In this document: piece after piece, positions 48,046 to 59,131 of the stretch
Layout of the letters: each line of letters starts with the position of its first letter
Position numbering within the stretch: the stretch's first letter is position 1
NCBI GenBank assembly: GCA_900321105.1
Contig: OOHL01000002.1
Location: 141,656-205,655 of the forward strand
Reading direction: 5' to 3'
From: an uncultured Pseudomonadota bacterium
Lineage (GTDB): Bacteria > Pseudomonadota > Alphaproteobacteria > Rs-D84
DNA: 64,000 bases
Notes under the pieces: generated by a model
The model's database searches: none
The model's input: the letters and a program-made list of their open reading frames with translations, nothing else
What the model was told of the DNA's origin: nothing
Translations under genes and position numbers: made by a program

Positions 48046-50100
48046 TTATTCGTGGTCGCCGCATTTGCATTGGCAATCGTTATTGTTTGCTGCGATTTCT
48101 GCATCACATTTTGGACAGAAATCGTGTCTTCCTGGTAAATAGCCGTGTTTCGGACAAATTGAAAATGTTGGTGTCAATGTCATATATGGCACTTTGTAAT
48201 TTTCAAAGATTGTGCGAACGATTTTTTCGGCCGCTTCCCCGGATGAAACTGGTTCGCCCATATAAAGGTGCAACATTGTGCCGCCTGTATATTTGCGTTG
48301 TAATTCTTCTTGGTGTTCCAAGGCGACAAATGGGTCATCTGTGAAATACACCGGTAATTGTGTTGAATTTGTATAATAAGGCGCATCTTCTGTTCCAGCC
48401 GTAATAATATCTGGGAAATTCTTTTTATCTGTTTTTGCAAACCGATATGCACAACCTTCGGCTGGGGTGGCTTCCAAATTATACAAATTGCCTGTTGTTT
48501 CTTGATAATCAGCCAGGTTTGTTCTGATAAAATCCATCACTTCCAAAACCAAGTTTTTACCAAATACTGTTGCAATGTTGTCTGTACCATTTGTGAAATT
48601 CATAACCATTTCATTTGCGCCGTTAACACCGATTGTCGAAAAGTGATGATTCCAGTTTCCAAGATAGCGTTTTGTAAACGGATAAAGACCACGTTCCAAA
48701 TTCTTGGAAATAATTTTACGTTTGATTTCCAATGAATCACGTGCCAAATCAAGCAGGCGTTTCAATTCGCGCAATAAACCTTCGCGGTCGCCTTTGTGTG
48801 TATATCCCAGGCGCGCCAAATTGATTGTCACAACACCGATAGAGCCTGTCTTTTCCGCAGATCCAAACAAACCGCCGCCACGTTTCAATAATTCACGAAC
48901 ATCCAAACGCAATCTGCAGCACATTGAACGCACATCGGTTGGGTTCAAATCTGAATTCAAGAAATTCTGGAAATTTGGGATACCATATTTTGCCGCCAAA
49001 TCAAACAAAGGTTTCACATTTGGATGATCCCATGGAAAATCGTCTGTGATGTTATATGTTGGAATTGGGAATGTAAAAGGACGACCCTGGGCATCACCTT
49101 CGGTCATAACTTCAATAAAGGCCTTGTTAATCATATCCATTTCGGCCTGCAAATCGCCATATGTGAAATCGACCATCTTTTTATTGATGAATGGACGTTG
49201 TTCACGTAAATCTTTTGGACAAGTCCAATCAAAAGTAAAGTTAATAAATGGTGTTTGTGTTCCCCAACGACAAGGCACGGAACAATTAAATACCAATGTC
49301 TGCATTGCGTTTTTAACATCTGCATATGATAAATTATCCACACGAACATATGGTGCCAGATAAGTATCAACCGATGAAAACGCCTGGGCACCGGCAAATT
49401 CGTTTTGCAATGTCCCAAGGAAATTCACCATATGGGAAATTGCCGTTGCCATGTGTTTCGCCGGTGCGCATTGCAAATATCCTGGAACACCGTTAAATCC
49501 TTCGTATAACAATTCACGCAATGACCAACCGGCACAATATCCAGTCAACCATCCCAAATCATGAATATGAAACGCGGCCGATTTATGTGCATCTGCGATA
49601 TCTTTTGGATATAAACTTAACCAATATTCCGCTGTCATACGTTCAGAAGAACGTAAAATCAAACCACCAATTGAATAACCAATATTTGCATTTTCTTTCA
49701 CGCGCCAATCGGCTTCGCTTACATAATCACCGATAACAGACACTGCATCAACCAATGCTGCACGTGTTTCAGCACGTTTTTGACGGTATACGATATAAGA
49801 TTCAGCTGTTTTATATGCATGCGAATCCATCAATGTTTGAATAACAATATCTTGAATATCTTCGACACTTGGGATTTGACCAGAATATTTTTTATCCAAT
49901 CTTTTCAAAACATCTTGGGTAAATTTAACAATATCAGCATCAGATACTTCATGTGTGACAGCGACCGCCGCTTTTATAGCCTCGAAAATCTTTTTTGCAT
50001 CAAATGGCACAGTTTCACCAGAACGTTTTTTCACAGATTCCAATTCACATGTCAATGTGGACACAACCTGAATCTTTGTTTCGTTTTTATCGTTCGCCAT
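48046..50100 (-). CDS. nrdD: Anaerobic (class III) ribonucleoside-triphosphate reductase with ATP cone
   Basis: KKRSG ATP cone, HIHDL, RSMCCRL, EATPAEG, YYTNS, CPKHG..CPKC. Confidence 0.92.
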   Translation of the reverse strand: MANDKNETKIQVVSTLTCELESVKKRSGETVPFDAKKIFEAIKAAVAVTHEVSDADIVKFTQDVLKRLDKKYSGQIPSVEDIQDIVIQTLMDSHAYKTAESYIVYRQKRAETRAALVDAVSVIGDYVSEADWRVKENANIGYSIGGLILRSSERMTAEYWLSLYPKDIADAHKSAAFHIHDLGWLTGYCAGWSLRELLYEGFNGVPGYLQCAPAKHMATAISHMVNFLGTLQNEFAGAQAFSSVDTYLAPYVRVDNLSYADVKNAMQTLVFNCSVPCRWGTQTPFINFTFDWTCPKDLREQRPFINKKMVDFTYGDLQAEMDMINKAFIEVMTEGDAQGRPFTFPIPTYNITDDFPWDHPNVKPLFDLAAKYGIPNFQNFLNSDLNPTDVRSMCCRLRLDVRELLKRGGGLFGSAEKTGSIGVVTINLARLGYTHKGDREGLLRELKRLLDLARDSLEIKRKIISKNLERGLYPFTKRYLGNWNHHFSTIGVNGANEMVMNFTNGTDNIATVFGKNLVLEVMDFIRTNLADYQETTGNLYNLEATPAEGCAYRFAKTDKKNFPDIITAGTEDAPYYTNSTQLPVYFTDDPFVALEHQEELQRKYTGGTMLHLYMGEPVSSGEAAEKIVRTIFENYKVPYMTLTPTFSICPKHGYLPGRHDFCPKCDAEIAANNNDCQCKCGDHE

Positions 50101-50126
50101 CTTTTAACCCCTTAAATTGACAAAAA

Positions 50127-50175
50127 ATACTATATATAGTGTTTTTTAGGTTCCTTTAGACACAATATACAGTAT
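50127..50175. promoter_or_regulatory. Tandem NrdR boxes
   Basis: atactatatatagtgt (50127-42) and acacaatatacagtat (50160-75) match acaCwAtATaTwGtgt, just upstream of nrdD. Confidence 0.72.
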
Positions 50176-50460
50176 TTTGAGTATATTCTCATTACAAAAA
50201 AAATTTTTTTTATTATTTTTCCACTTGCTTTTTTGTGTTGCCCACTGGATGCGGTTTTGCGACTGTTTTCACAATATCGATTCGGTACTTTTTTACATAC
50301 AAAACATAGTTTTGTGTCAAAAAACACAAAAAATTCGATTCGAAATTGGTAAAAAAATCAAAATATAGATAAAAATTTACCGATTCGAATCAAGATATTG
50401 ATTTTTAGTGTTATCTTATTGATTATTGCTTGTTTATGAAATAAACATATAAAAATAAAT

Positions 50461-50563
50461 AAAAAAAATGGGATGATGGGACGACCCAAACAAAAACTGT
50501 GAAAGCTTCGTTGCGAAAGCCACCACCCCATTTATATTCTCTCTTCTCTGCTTTCGCATGCCT
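50461..50563 (-). ncRNA. Candidate small RNA or structured leader
   Basis: TTGCAA..TAAAAT promoter-like site, two competing stems, U-tail. Confidence 0.45.
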
Positions 50564-50645
50564 TAATTTTAACATAAAAAAATTTTTTTGCAAAAAAAGA
50601 ATGCCGTACCGGCATTCCTTAAAGATACAAGGTAAGAAACCATTA

Positions 50646-50876
50646 TTAATTACGATGTTTGTGTTCGTATTCACATGATGGTTTATCGCCAAAAATCCAT
50701 ATAAACAACCAAATCAACGCGGCTAAACCAATAATGGCATAGACTAAACGAGACAAGATTGTCATTGGACCAAAAATCCAGGCAACTAAATCGAATTTAA
50801 AAAATCCGACCAATCCCCAGTTCAATGCCCCAATAAGAGACAAAGGTTTCAAAACATAATGTGTAAATGCACCCAT
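50646..50876 (-). CDS. DUF378-family small membrane protein
   Basis: IGALNWGLVGFFKFDLV..IFG..SRLVY.IIGLA. Confidence 0.85.
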   Translation of the reverse strand: MGAFTHYVLKPLSLIGALNWGLVGFFKFDLVAWIFGPMTILSRLVYAIIGLAALIWLFIWIFGDKPSCEYEHKHRN

Positions 50877-50991
50877 TTTTTTCTCCTGTGGTTTGTGTTA
50901 AGTCTTTCAAGACAATTTCATTATATCGCAACACAATATATAATTCCGCAGGAATGAAATCGCATAATAAAACTGGATTTGAAATTCAGTT

Positions 50992-51420
50992 TTATTCAGA
51001 TTTTGTTTGGATTACATTGCCGGAACCGTCATATACTTTTATATCTTCGGCGTTACCGTTAACCCAATTTATTTCCATATACAATTTACCATCTTCATTG
51101 TAAAGCTTGCTTAAACCATCGGCTTGGCTGTTAATAACATTTGTTTCAACGCGTAATTTACCATTTTCATAGTATTCACGTTCAATACCATTTTCACGAC
51201 CGTCGCGTATTGTCATTTCACGTAAAACATTTCCATTTTCAAAATATTCAATAACACGACCATTGATTGGCTGATCCTTTTCATCAATACAATATACAGA
51301 TTCCGCGCTGGTTTCTTCTAATCCTTTGCAAAAAGCACTTTCACCGACAATATATGTCTTTTCGTGATCGCATGCAGCCAAAACTAGTAATGGCAAAATA
51401 AATAATAATACTTTCTTCAT
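50992..51420 (-). CDS. MORN-repeat (YwqK-like) lipoprotein
   Basis: LAAC lipobox; repeated Y(F/Y)ENG motifs. Confidence 0.8.
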   Translation of the reverse strand: MKKVLLFILPLLVLAACDHEKTYIVGESAFCKGLEETSAESVYCIDEKDQPINGRVIEYFENGNVLREMTIRDGRENGIEREYYENGKLRVETNVINSQADGLSKLYNEDGKLYMEINWVNGNAEDIKVYDGSGNVIQTKSE

Positions 51421-51545
51421 GGTTTTTCCTTCTGCTTAATACAATTTTATATTAAAAACACTGTTAACAAATGTCAATTATTAAAAATATTGACATTTTT
51501 ATATTTTGTCCTATAATAAATTCAACAAAAGAACAGGAAATTATT

Positions 51546-52307
51546 ATGGATATAAGATTAGATGGAAGAATTGCTTTGATTACTGGCGCCACTGGTGGTA
51601 TCGGTTCTGCAATTACAAATGAATTTTTTCATTCTGGTGCAACGGTTATTATAAACGGTCGTTCCCAGGAAAAAATTGATGCATTGACAGACAAATTGTT
51701 GACAGGCGGCGACAAAAAAGATGCCGCGCGCATTTTTGGCGTTGCAATGGATTTGTCAGCATTGGATTCTGAAACAGTTATTATTCAACGTGCAATCGAA
51801 AAATTTAAAAAACTGGACATTCTGGTCAACAATGCAGGAATGGTTGATGGTAATTTAATGATGGTTTCTAATCCAGAATTTGTATCACGTATGATGCTGA
51901 TAAATTATGAAAAACCATATCAATTAACAAGAAACGCCTTGTATTATATGCGCAAAGCCCGTTATGGTCGTATTATCAATATAACTTCTGTTTCCGGACA
52001 ATTTGGTGATGCAGGACTGTCTGTATACGCATCAAGCAAGGCCGCCATGCACGCATTATCACAATCAATCGCCGCCGAATACGGCAGATATAATATCACA
52101 GCTAACAGTATCGCACCTGGTGTTGTTGATACAGATGCCATCAAGAAAATGCGCGAAGAATATAAACAAGATACAAAAAAACTTATTCCTTGTCATCGCT
52201 TTGCAAAGACAAATGAAATTGCAGATTTGGCAACGTTCTTGGCTTCGGAACGTGCGGCATATATTAATGGTCAGCAAATAGCAATAAACGGTGGACTTTA
52301 CAGATAA
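51546..52307 (+). CDS. SDR oxidoreductase (FabG-like)
   Basis: TGATGGIG, NNAG, YASSK, APG. Confidence 0.85.
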   Translation: MDIRLDGRIALITGATGGIGSAITNEFFHSGATVIINGRSQEKIDALTDKLLTGGDKKDAARIFGVAMDLSALDSETVIIQRAIEKFKKLDILVNNAGMVDGNLMMVSNPEFVSRMMLINYEKPYQLTRNALYYMRKARYGRIINITSVSGQFGDAGLSVYASSKAAMHALSQSIAAEYGRYNITANSIAPGVVDTDAIKKMREEYKQDTKKLIPCHRFAKTNEIADLATFLASERAAYINGQQIAINGGLYR

Positions 52308-52348
52308 AAACAAACCCCGCATTTGCGGGGTTTTTATTTTACGCATTA

Positions 52349-55009
52349 TTATTTCTTGCGTGGGAATTTAACCGCAGCTTGTGCTGCCGCAAGGCGTGCA
52401 ATTGGCACACGGAACGGCGAACAAGATACAGAATTGAATCCAACTTGGTGGAAGAATTGAATTGATTCAGGATCCCCACCATGTTCACCACAAACACCCA
52501 AATGGATATTTTCACCCTTGGTTGTGCGTGCTTTTGCAACAGCGTCTTTAATCAACAAACCTACACCCAATTGATCAACAGATGCAAATGGGTCTGCGAC
52601 ATATACACCGCGTGCACGATATTCATCCAAGATTTTACCGGTATCATCGCGGGACATACCCAATGTTGTTTGTGTCAAATCGTTTGTTCCAAATTCAAAG
52701 AATTCACAACTTTCTGCAATTTCGTTAGCCAATAATGCAGCGCGTGGCAATTCAATCATTGAACCAACCTTGTATTCGACACTGTCGCCGGTTTCTGCAA
52801 ACAATGCAGATGCAGTTGCATCAATTACAGATTTAACGATGTCAACTTCTTTCTTAGAACCAACCAATGGAACTTCGATTTCTGGGAATACGCGAACGCC
52901 AGATTTCTTGCATTCAATTGCTGCAGATAAAATTGCGCGTGTTTGCATTTCACAGATTTCAGGATATGTAATTGCCAAACGACAACCACGATGTCCCAAC
53001 ATTGGATTTTGTTCTTTTAATGCTTCGCTTCTGGCCTTTACGAATTCAACAGATTTACCAATGTGTTTTGCGAGTTCTGCCATATCAGCTTCGGTATGTG
53101 GCAAGAATTCATGTAAAGGTGGATCGATTAAACGAATTGTCACTGGCAGACCATCCATAATTTTGAACAATTCGATAAAGTCAGCCTTTTGATAAGGCAA
53201 CAATTTATCCAGCGCAGCACGACGACCCGCTTCATCATCAGCCAAAATCATTTCACGCATGTCTTGGATACGGCTTGGGTCAAAGAACATATGTTCTGTA
53301 CGTGCCAGTCCGATACCTTCGGCACCAAAATCGCGTGCTTGTTTTGCATCTTTTGGTGTTTCAGCATTTGCTTTGACTGTCAAAGATTTGATTTCATCAA
53401 CCCATTTCATCAATGTACCGAAATTACCAGTTAATTCAACAGATACTGTTGGAACCGCGCCTTCGATAATTTGACCTTTGGCACCATCAATAGAAACCCA
53501 ATCACCTTCGTGGATAACCGCGCCAGATGTTGTTTTCATTGTTTTTGATTCATAATCGATTTTGATGTCAGGTGAACCAGACACGCATGGTGTTCCCATA
53601 CCACGTGCAACCACCGCCGCGTGAGAAGTCATACCACCACGTGCAGTAATAACACCCTGGGCTGCGTTCATACCCGCAATATCTTCTGGGGATGTTTCAA
53701 CGCGGATAAGCATAACTTTTTTACCTTCTTTCTTCCAGGCTTCAGCATCTTCTGCATTAAATACAGCCTGACCAACTGCAGCACCTGGGGATGCAGGCAA
53801 ACCAGTTGCGATAACTTTCTTTTCAGCCTTCGGATCCAACATCGGATGCAAAAGGTGATTTAATTGATCTGCACCAACACGCAATATTGCTTCTTCCTTG
53901 GAAAGCAGCCCTTCATCAACCATTTCTACGGCCATACGAACCGCAGCAGCAGCTGTTCTTTTACCGTTACGGCATTGTAACATCCACAATTTTTTGTGTT
54001 CAATTGTGAATTCCATATCTTGCATGTCTTTGTAATGTTGTTCCAATTTATCACGAACATCTACCAATTGTGCATAAACTTCTGGCATGGCTTCTTCCAA
54101 AGATACGCGACCAGAATCATCCTTTGCCATTGGTTGTGGTGTTCTGATACCGGCCACAACGTCTTCACCCTGTGCGTTAATCAGATATTCACCATAGAAT
54201 TTATTTTCACCAGTTGCTGGGTCACGGCTAAAGCAAACACCAGTTGCAGAATCATCACCGGAATTTCCAAATACCATTGCCTGAACATTCACAGCGGTTC
54301 CCCAATCGCCTGGGATATTATTCAATTTACGATATGTGATTGCTTTTTTGGACATCCAAGAACCAAACACAGCACCGATACCCAATTTCAATTGTTCCCA
54401 TGGATCTTGTGGGAAAACTTTACCGATTTTAACACCGATTTCTTTGAATTTTTCAACCAATTCTTTCAAATCTTCGGCGGTCAATTCTGTATCAACTTTA
54501 TAACCTTTGTCTTCCTTCATACGTTCTAATGTGTGTTCAAACAAATCAATATCTGCGCCCAACACAACGTCACTGAACATCATGATAAAACGACGATATG
54601 AATCATATGCAAATCTTTCATTATTAGCAGCCTTTGCCAAAGCTTTCACTGTTTCATCGTTCAAACCCAAATTTAATACTGTATCCATCATCCCAGGCAT
54701 TGAAACACGTGCACCAGAACGAACAGACACCAACAATGGATTTTCGTTATCTGCGAACTTTTTGCCCATAATAGATTCAATATGTGCAATACCTGCTTTC
54801 ACTTGGTCCATTAAATCAGATGGATATGTTTGACCATTTTCATAGTAATAAGTACAAACTTCAGTTGTCACCGTAAATCCCGCAGGAACCGGCAAACCAA
54901 CCAAATTCATTTCTGCTAAATTGGCACCCTTGCCCCCCAAAAGATTACGCATATCTGCACGACCTTCGGCGGCACCATTACCAAACGTATAAACCCATTT
55001 ATTAGCCAT
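52349..55009 (-). CDS. ppdK: Pyruvate, phosphate dikinase
   Basis: LLGGKGANL, GGMTSHAAVVARG, GTNDLTQ, CGEHGG. Confidence 0.97.
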   Translation of the reverse strand: MANKWVYTFGNGAAEGRADMRNLLGGKGANLAEMNLVGLPVPAGFTVTTEVCTYYYENGQTYPSDLMDQVKAGIAHIESIMGKKFADNENPLLVSVRSGARVSMPGMMDTVLNLGLNDETVKALAKAANNERFAYDSYRRFIMMFSDVVLGADIDLFEHTLERMKEDKGYKVDTELTAEDLKELVEKFKEIGVKIGKVFPQDPWEQLKLGIGAVFGSWMSKKAITYRKLNNIPGDWGTAVNVQAMVFGNSGDDSATGVCFSRDPATGENKFYGEYLINAQGEDVVAGIRTPQPMAKDDSGRVSLEEAMPEVYAQLVDVRDKLEQHYKDMQDMEFTIEHKKLWMLQCRNGKRTAAAAVRMAVEMVDEGLLSKEEAILRVGADQLNHLLHPMLDPKAEKKVIATGLPASPGAAVGQAVFNAEDAEAWKKEGKKVMLIRVETSPEDIAGMNAAQGVITARGGMTSHAAVVARGMGTPCVSGSPDIKIDYESKTMKTTSGAVIHEGDWVSIDGAKGQIIEGAVPTVSVELTGNFGTLMKWVDEIKSLTVKANAETPKDAKQARDFGAEGIGLARTEHMFFDPSRIQDMREMILADDEAGRRAALDKLLPYQKADFIELFKIMDGLPVTIRLIDPPLHEFLPHTEADMAELAKHIGKSVEFVKARSEALKEQNPMLGHRGCRLAITYPEICEMQTRAILSAAIECKKSGVRVFPEIEVPLVGSKKEVDIVKSVIDATASALFAETGDSVEYKVGSMIELPRAALLANEIAESCEFFEFGTNDLTQTTLGMSRDDTGKILDEYRARGVYVADPFASVDQLGVGLLIKDAVAKARTTKGENIHLGVCGEHGGDPESIQFFHQVGFNSVSCSPFRVPIARLAAAQAAVKFPRKK

Positions 55010-55179
55010 GGTTTCTCCTTTAATATTAAGTTTATTAAGCCGGGCGTATTTTGGAAAAAAACATCAGCAAAAGCAAGGATAAAATCATAAAAAATTTAAA
55101 ATTTTGTTTTTTTTCAGAAATATTGACTTTTTTCTAAAAATTAGGTAATCTTGTCCAGGAATAAAAAACAGGATAAGAA

Positions 55180-56976
55180 ATGGAAAAATTATCTGCTGCG
55201 GTAAAAAGGCAAGTTTTAGAAAATATGTTTGTAAAAAATTACAAACGCATGTGGCCATATGTAAAACCAGTTTGGTTTCGCGCATTGTTAACGTTGTTGT
55301 TGGCGATACCAGTTGGTTCCATGGATGCAATTATTGCATGGGCAATCAAGCCATATACAGATGCGGTTATGATTGAACAAACTATGACGACCAGTTGGTA
55401 TATTCCTGTCGTTATTGTTGCATTTACTGCGGTCCAGGGCGGCTTAACATATATTTTAAATTACCTTAATACATGGGTTGGCGGAAAAATTACAAATGCG
55501 TTAAAAGCAGACTTGTTTAAAAAATTGCTGACATTTGAAACAGAATTTTTTACATCTAAGAATTCAGGTGAAATTCTGGTTAAATTCAGCACCAATGCAG
55601 ATAGTGCATGTGCCGGATTATTAAGTAATTTGAAAACATTTGTGCAAAGATTTTTTACATCTGTATCATTGATAGTCGTTTTGTTTTTAAATTCATGGCA
55701 GTTGGCTTTGGTAACAACGGCAGTATTATTGTTTGCGTTCTTGCCAATGGCACAATTAAGAAGACGCGTATCACCTGTATTGAATGATGCAATGATGATT
55801 TCATCTTCATTAACAACAAAATACAACGAAACGTATTCTGGAAACCGTACAATCATTTCATATAATCTGGAAAAATATCAAGAAAACAGATATATTGATG
55901 TTTTAAACAAACACTTTAATCTTCAAATGAAAGTTTTCCAGCACACACGTTGGTTATCGCCTGTGATGCACGTGATATTATCGGTTGGTATTGCATTGGC
56001 GCTTTGGTTTGGATCGCATTTGATTTTAACCCATCAATTAACACCAGGTGAATTTGTATCATTTTTAACAGCATTAATATTGTTATACACCCCAATGAAG
56101 GGTATTGGAAACACATATGGATCTGTAATTATGTCGTTCTGGGCAATTGATGCATGTTTTAAAATGTTAGATATGCAACCAAAAATCGTTGATAGACCGG
56201 GTGCAATTGAAATGCCAAAAACACATAAACAGATTACATTTAATGATGTATCGTTCAACTATCTTGCCGATGTACCGGTATTAAAGAATATAAATTTAAC
56301 GGTAAATCACGGTGAAACACTTGCCATTGTTGGTAATTCTGGTGGTGGTAAAACAACATTAGTAAATTTATTGCCGCGTTTCTATGATGTGACAAGTGGT
56401 TCGATTACAATTGATGGCACAGACATTCGTAATTTCACATTGAAATCGTTACGTCAAAACATAGCTGTTGTTTTCCAGGACAATTTCTTGTTCGAAGGAA
56501 CAATTCGTGAAAACATAATGCTGGGCAATGAAAACGCATCGGATGAACAGGTTCAACGTGCTATTAAATTGGCATATTTGGATGAATTTGTTAAGACATT
56601 GCGTCACGGTCTGGACACACACATTGGCGAACGCGGTGTGACATTGTCGGGTGGTCAACGTCAACGTGTTGCGATTGCACGTGCATTTTTAAAGAACGCA
56701 CCAATATTGGTTCTGGACGAAGCCACATCTGCATTGGATAACAAATCCGAAGCCATTGTGCAAAAGGCTATTGAAAACCTGATGCAAGATAAAACAGTGT
56801 TTGTTATTGCACACAGATTATCAACTATTCGCAACGCGACAAAAATTATTGTTGTGAACGATGGTCGAATTGTAGAATCTGGAACGCACGAAGATTTGTT
56901 AAAATTGGAATGCGGCGCATATAAAATGTTATACGATATGCAATTCAAAAACACTGAAGAAGAAAAGACAGAATAA
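55180..56976 (+). CDS. msbA: MsbA-like ABC exporter (TMD-NBD)
   Basis: GNSGGGKT, LSGGQRQR, LDEATSALD, IAHRLST. Confidence 0.8.
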   Translation: MEKLSAAVKRQVLENMFVKNYKRMWPYVKPVWFRALLTLLLAIPVGSMDAIIAWAIKPYTDAVMIEQTMTTSWYIPVVIVAFTAVQGGLTYILNYLNTWVGGKITNALKADLFKKLLTFETEFFTSKNSGEILVKFSTNADSACAGLLSNLKTFVQRFFTSVSLIVVLFLNSWQLALVTTAVLLFAFLPMAQLRRRVSPVLNDAMMISSSLTTKYNETYSGNRTIISYNLEKYQENRYIDVLNKHFNLQMKVFQHTRWLSPVMHVILSVGIALALWFGSHLILTHQLTPGEFVSFLTALILLYTPMKGIGNTYGSVIMSFWAIDACFKMLDMQPKIVDRPGAIEMPKTHKQITFNDVSFNYLADVPVLKNINLTVNHGETLAIVGNSGGGKTTLVNLLPRFYDVTSGSITIDGTDIRNFTLKSLRQNIAVVFQDNFLFEGTIRENIMLGNENASDEQVQRAIKLAYLDEFVKTLRHGLDTHIGERGVTLSGGQRQRVAIARAFLKNAPILVLDEATSALDNKSEAIVQKAIENLMQDKTVFVIAHRLSTIRNATKIIVVNDGRIVESGTHEDLLKLECGAYKMLYDMQFKNTEEEKTE

Positions 56977-57003
56977 AAAAAGGTCGCAAATGCGACCTTT
57001 TTA

Positions 57004-57201
57004 TTAGCTTCTTTTTTTCTTTGGTTCACTGTTATAAACAGCCCAAATCAATGCGACAACCCAACCGACCAGTGTATATCCCAGAAATAAATTCAAAATA
57101 AATATCGCCAGCGCATTTTTATGCCCACGTGAATAAGCCACGATTGTTGGCACAAAATAAACAAAGCACAATATCAGTGCGAACAAGAAATCAATTATCA
57201 T
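57004..57201 (-). CDS. Superinfection immunity (Imm)-family protein
   Basis: YFVPTIVA..RGH.N..IFILNLFLG.TLVGWVVALIWA. Confidence 0.85.
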   Translation of the reverse strand: MIIDFLFALILCFVYFVPTIVAYSRGHKNALAIFILNLFLGYTLVGWVVALIWAVYNSEPKKKRS

Positions 57202-57331
57202 TATTTTCCCCTTTTGTTTTTAGTTAATTCGTATGATACATGTAATATATCACAAAAAAACAGATTTTATTACTTGTTTTTAGAAATAAAAGGGCTTATA
57301 CTGCGCATCCCAGACTTAAAAAGGTTATAAA

Positions 57332-57931
57332 ATGAATGATCTTGATTGCAACAAAAGAAAAGACATCCCTTTTCATCCGGCAATAAATCCGCCATATGGC
57401 GCAATGGAAAGCAATTTTAAGTTTTATCTTGAAAATGTGAAACCATTGGTTGCCGAAATTTGCACACAAAAAATGAACGGCATGCATGGCCTTGACACAC
57501 ATACGAACGCAGTGGTATTTCGCGGGATTGATTATGCATTATCTTTACGTCAAAATCCAACACCAGTTATATTCGCATGTGCATTTCACGATATGGCGCG
57601 CATTGATGATGGTCTGGATTTGGAACATGGCAAACGCGCGATTCCAATGGCGATAAAAATTATGAAACAATTCCCAAATTTATTGGACAAAGAAACACGT
57701 TTAAACATTATGTCTGCGGTTTTAAATCATACAACAGGCACAACCGCCCCAGATTATATTTCTGCGTGTCTGTGGGACGCGGACAGAACCCGCCTGGCAT
57801 GGAAATATGGATTTGAATCGAAATTTTTTAATACATTGCGTGGCGCGCATGTGGCATCAAATTATTTTTTAAGATATCTTGAATTTCAAAGAAAATGCTT
57901 TCCATATTTAACATGGGCAAAGCAATATTGA
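57332..57931 (+). CDS. HD-domain protein
   Basis: HG..H, FHD, HG, WDADR. Confidence 0.75.
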   Translation: MNDLDCNKRKDIPFHPAINPPYGAMESNFKFYLENVKPLVAEICTQKMNGMHGLDTHTNAVVFRGIDYALSLRQNPTPVIFACAFHDMARIDDGLDLEHGKRAIPMAIKIMKQFPNLLDKETRLNIMSAVLNHTTGTTAPDYISACLWDADRTRLAWKYGFESKFFNTLRGAHVASNYFLRYLEFQRKCFPYLTWAKQY

Positions 57932-58016
57932 TTTATGTAAAAACTCCTTGTTTATATCTTTTTGTGGGGGTATAATATGCGTGTGTAAAGAAAGCACAAG
58001 CAAAGGAGATATTATT

Positions 58017-58628
58017 ATGAAATCAAATACATTATTGATGGGAATGTCTGCATTATTGTTGTCTGTGACTGGCGCAAATGCTGCGGTTTTTAAACCTTTT
58101 GTTGGTTTAACATCTGGGATTCAGGGTGTAATCTATGATGACGCTTTTGAAGACGGGGCTGCCGGTGTGGATTTACCAAAAGACTTTTTGGCGATTGGTT
58201 TGGAAACCGGTGCACGTTTTGGTTCATATTCATCAATTTATAACGGCGGATTCACATTAGGTGCCGACACATCCACCAAAGAAGATGTTGAAGATAAATT
58301 CACAAACGCAAAATATGCCAAGATTAAAACATCTGAATTTACAGCAACATACGATAACTATATCCGTTTAAGCGGCGACAAAATCAAACGTATTGATTTG
58401 GTATTGGGCGGCGGTATGGGCGTAATGAATTATCACATTGATGATTTGACCGGTGATCCAGACGAAACAATATGGTCAACCGCAATGGTATTCAAAGCCG
58501 GTGTAGATTTCGAATTGACGAAACATTTAACATTGTCTGCAACAACACGCGTATTTGTTCCAACACGTGAACATTATGCCGTTGCATCGCATTACATCGC
58601 CGGTGGTGCGGTTAAATACGTATTTTAA
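58017..58628 (+). CDS. Small outer-membrane beta-barrel protein
   Basis: Signal peptide; amphipathic strands; terminal VKYVF. Confidence 0.72.
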   Translation: MKSNTLLMGMSALLLSVTGANAAVFKPFVGLTSGIQGVIYDDAFEDGAAGVDLPKDFLAIGLETGARFGSYSSIYNGGFTLGADTSTKEDVEDKFTNAKYAKIKTSEFTATYDNYIRLSGDKIKRIDLVLGGGMGVMNYHIDDLTGDPDETIWSTAMVFKAGVDFELTKHLTLSATTRVFVPTREHYAVASHYIAGGAVKYVF

Positions 58629-58737
58629 TGGTATTTATCATTTAAAAATAAAAAACGCCCCCACGGGCGTTTTTTTTGTGTTTCGCGGGGGATAAAAAAA
58701 ATGGGCTATGCCCATTTCAAAAATAAAAACGAATTCT

Positions 58738-59046
58738 TTATTGAACCCAGATTGTTGCATAGGTTGTTGGGTTAGTTGCGCTGCCCACTGGGATTGTGAC
58801 TTCACCTTTGGCAACGGTAACCGTACCATTATTCGCTGTAACCCCGGTCACAACAGCCCCCGAACCAGAAGTAGTCACATTGGTCGATGTCAATTTATCC
58901 TGTTTGGTACCAGACAAAGCATCATACGCACCACGCACGTATTCAGCACTGGCCACACTGGTTTCATAAACCGTTAAGGGATCGCCCTCTGCAAATGCGG
59001 GGGTAGTTATTGTTAAAATTGATAAAATACAAAATATCTTTTTCAT
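58738..59046 (-). CDS. Secreted fibre-like protein
   Basis: Signal peptide; ASAEYVRGAY, TKQDKL. Confidence 0.65.
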   Translation of the reverse strand: MKKIFCILSILTITTPAFAEGDPLTVYETSVASAEYVRGAYDALSGTKQDKLTSTNVTTSGSGAVVTGVTANNGTVTVAKGEVTIPVGSATNPTTYATIWVQ

Positions 59047-59131
59047 TACACAAACAAAATATTTTTTATTGTACTAACTTTCTTTAATGAATGATTGCAC
59101 ATTTTTGTGCAATCATTCACTATATTTCTAA

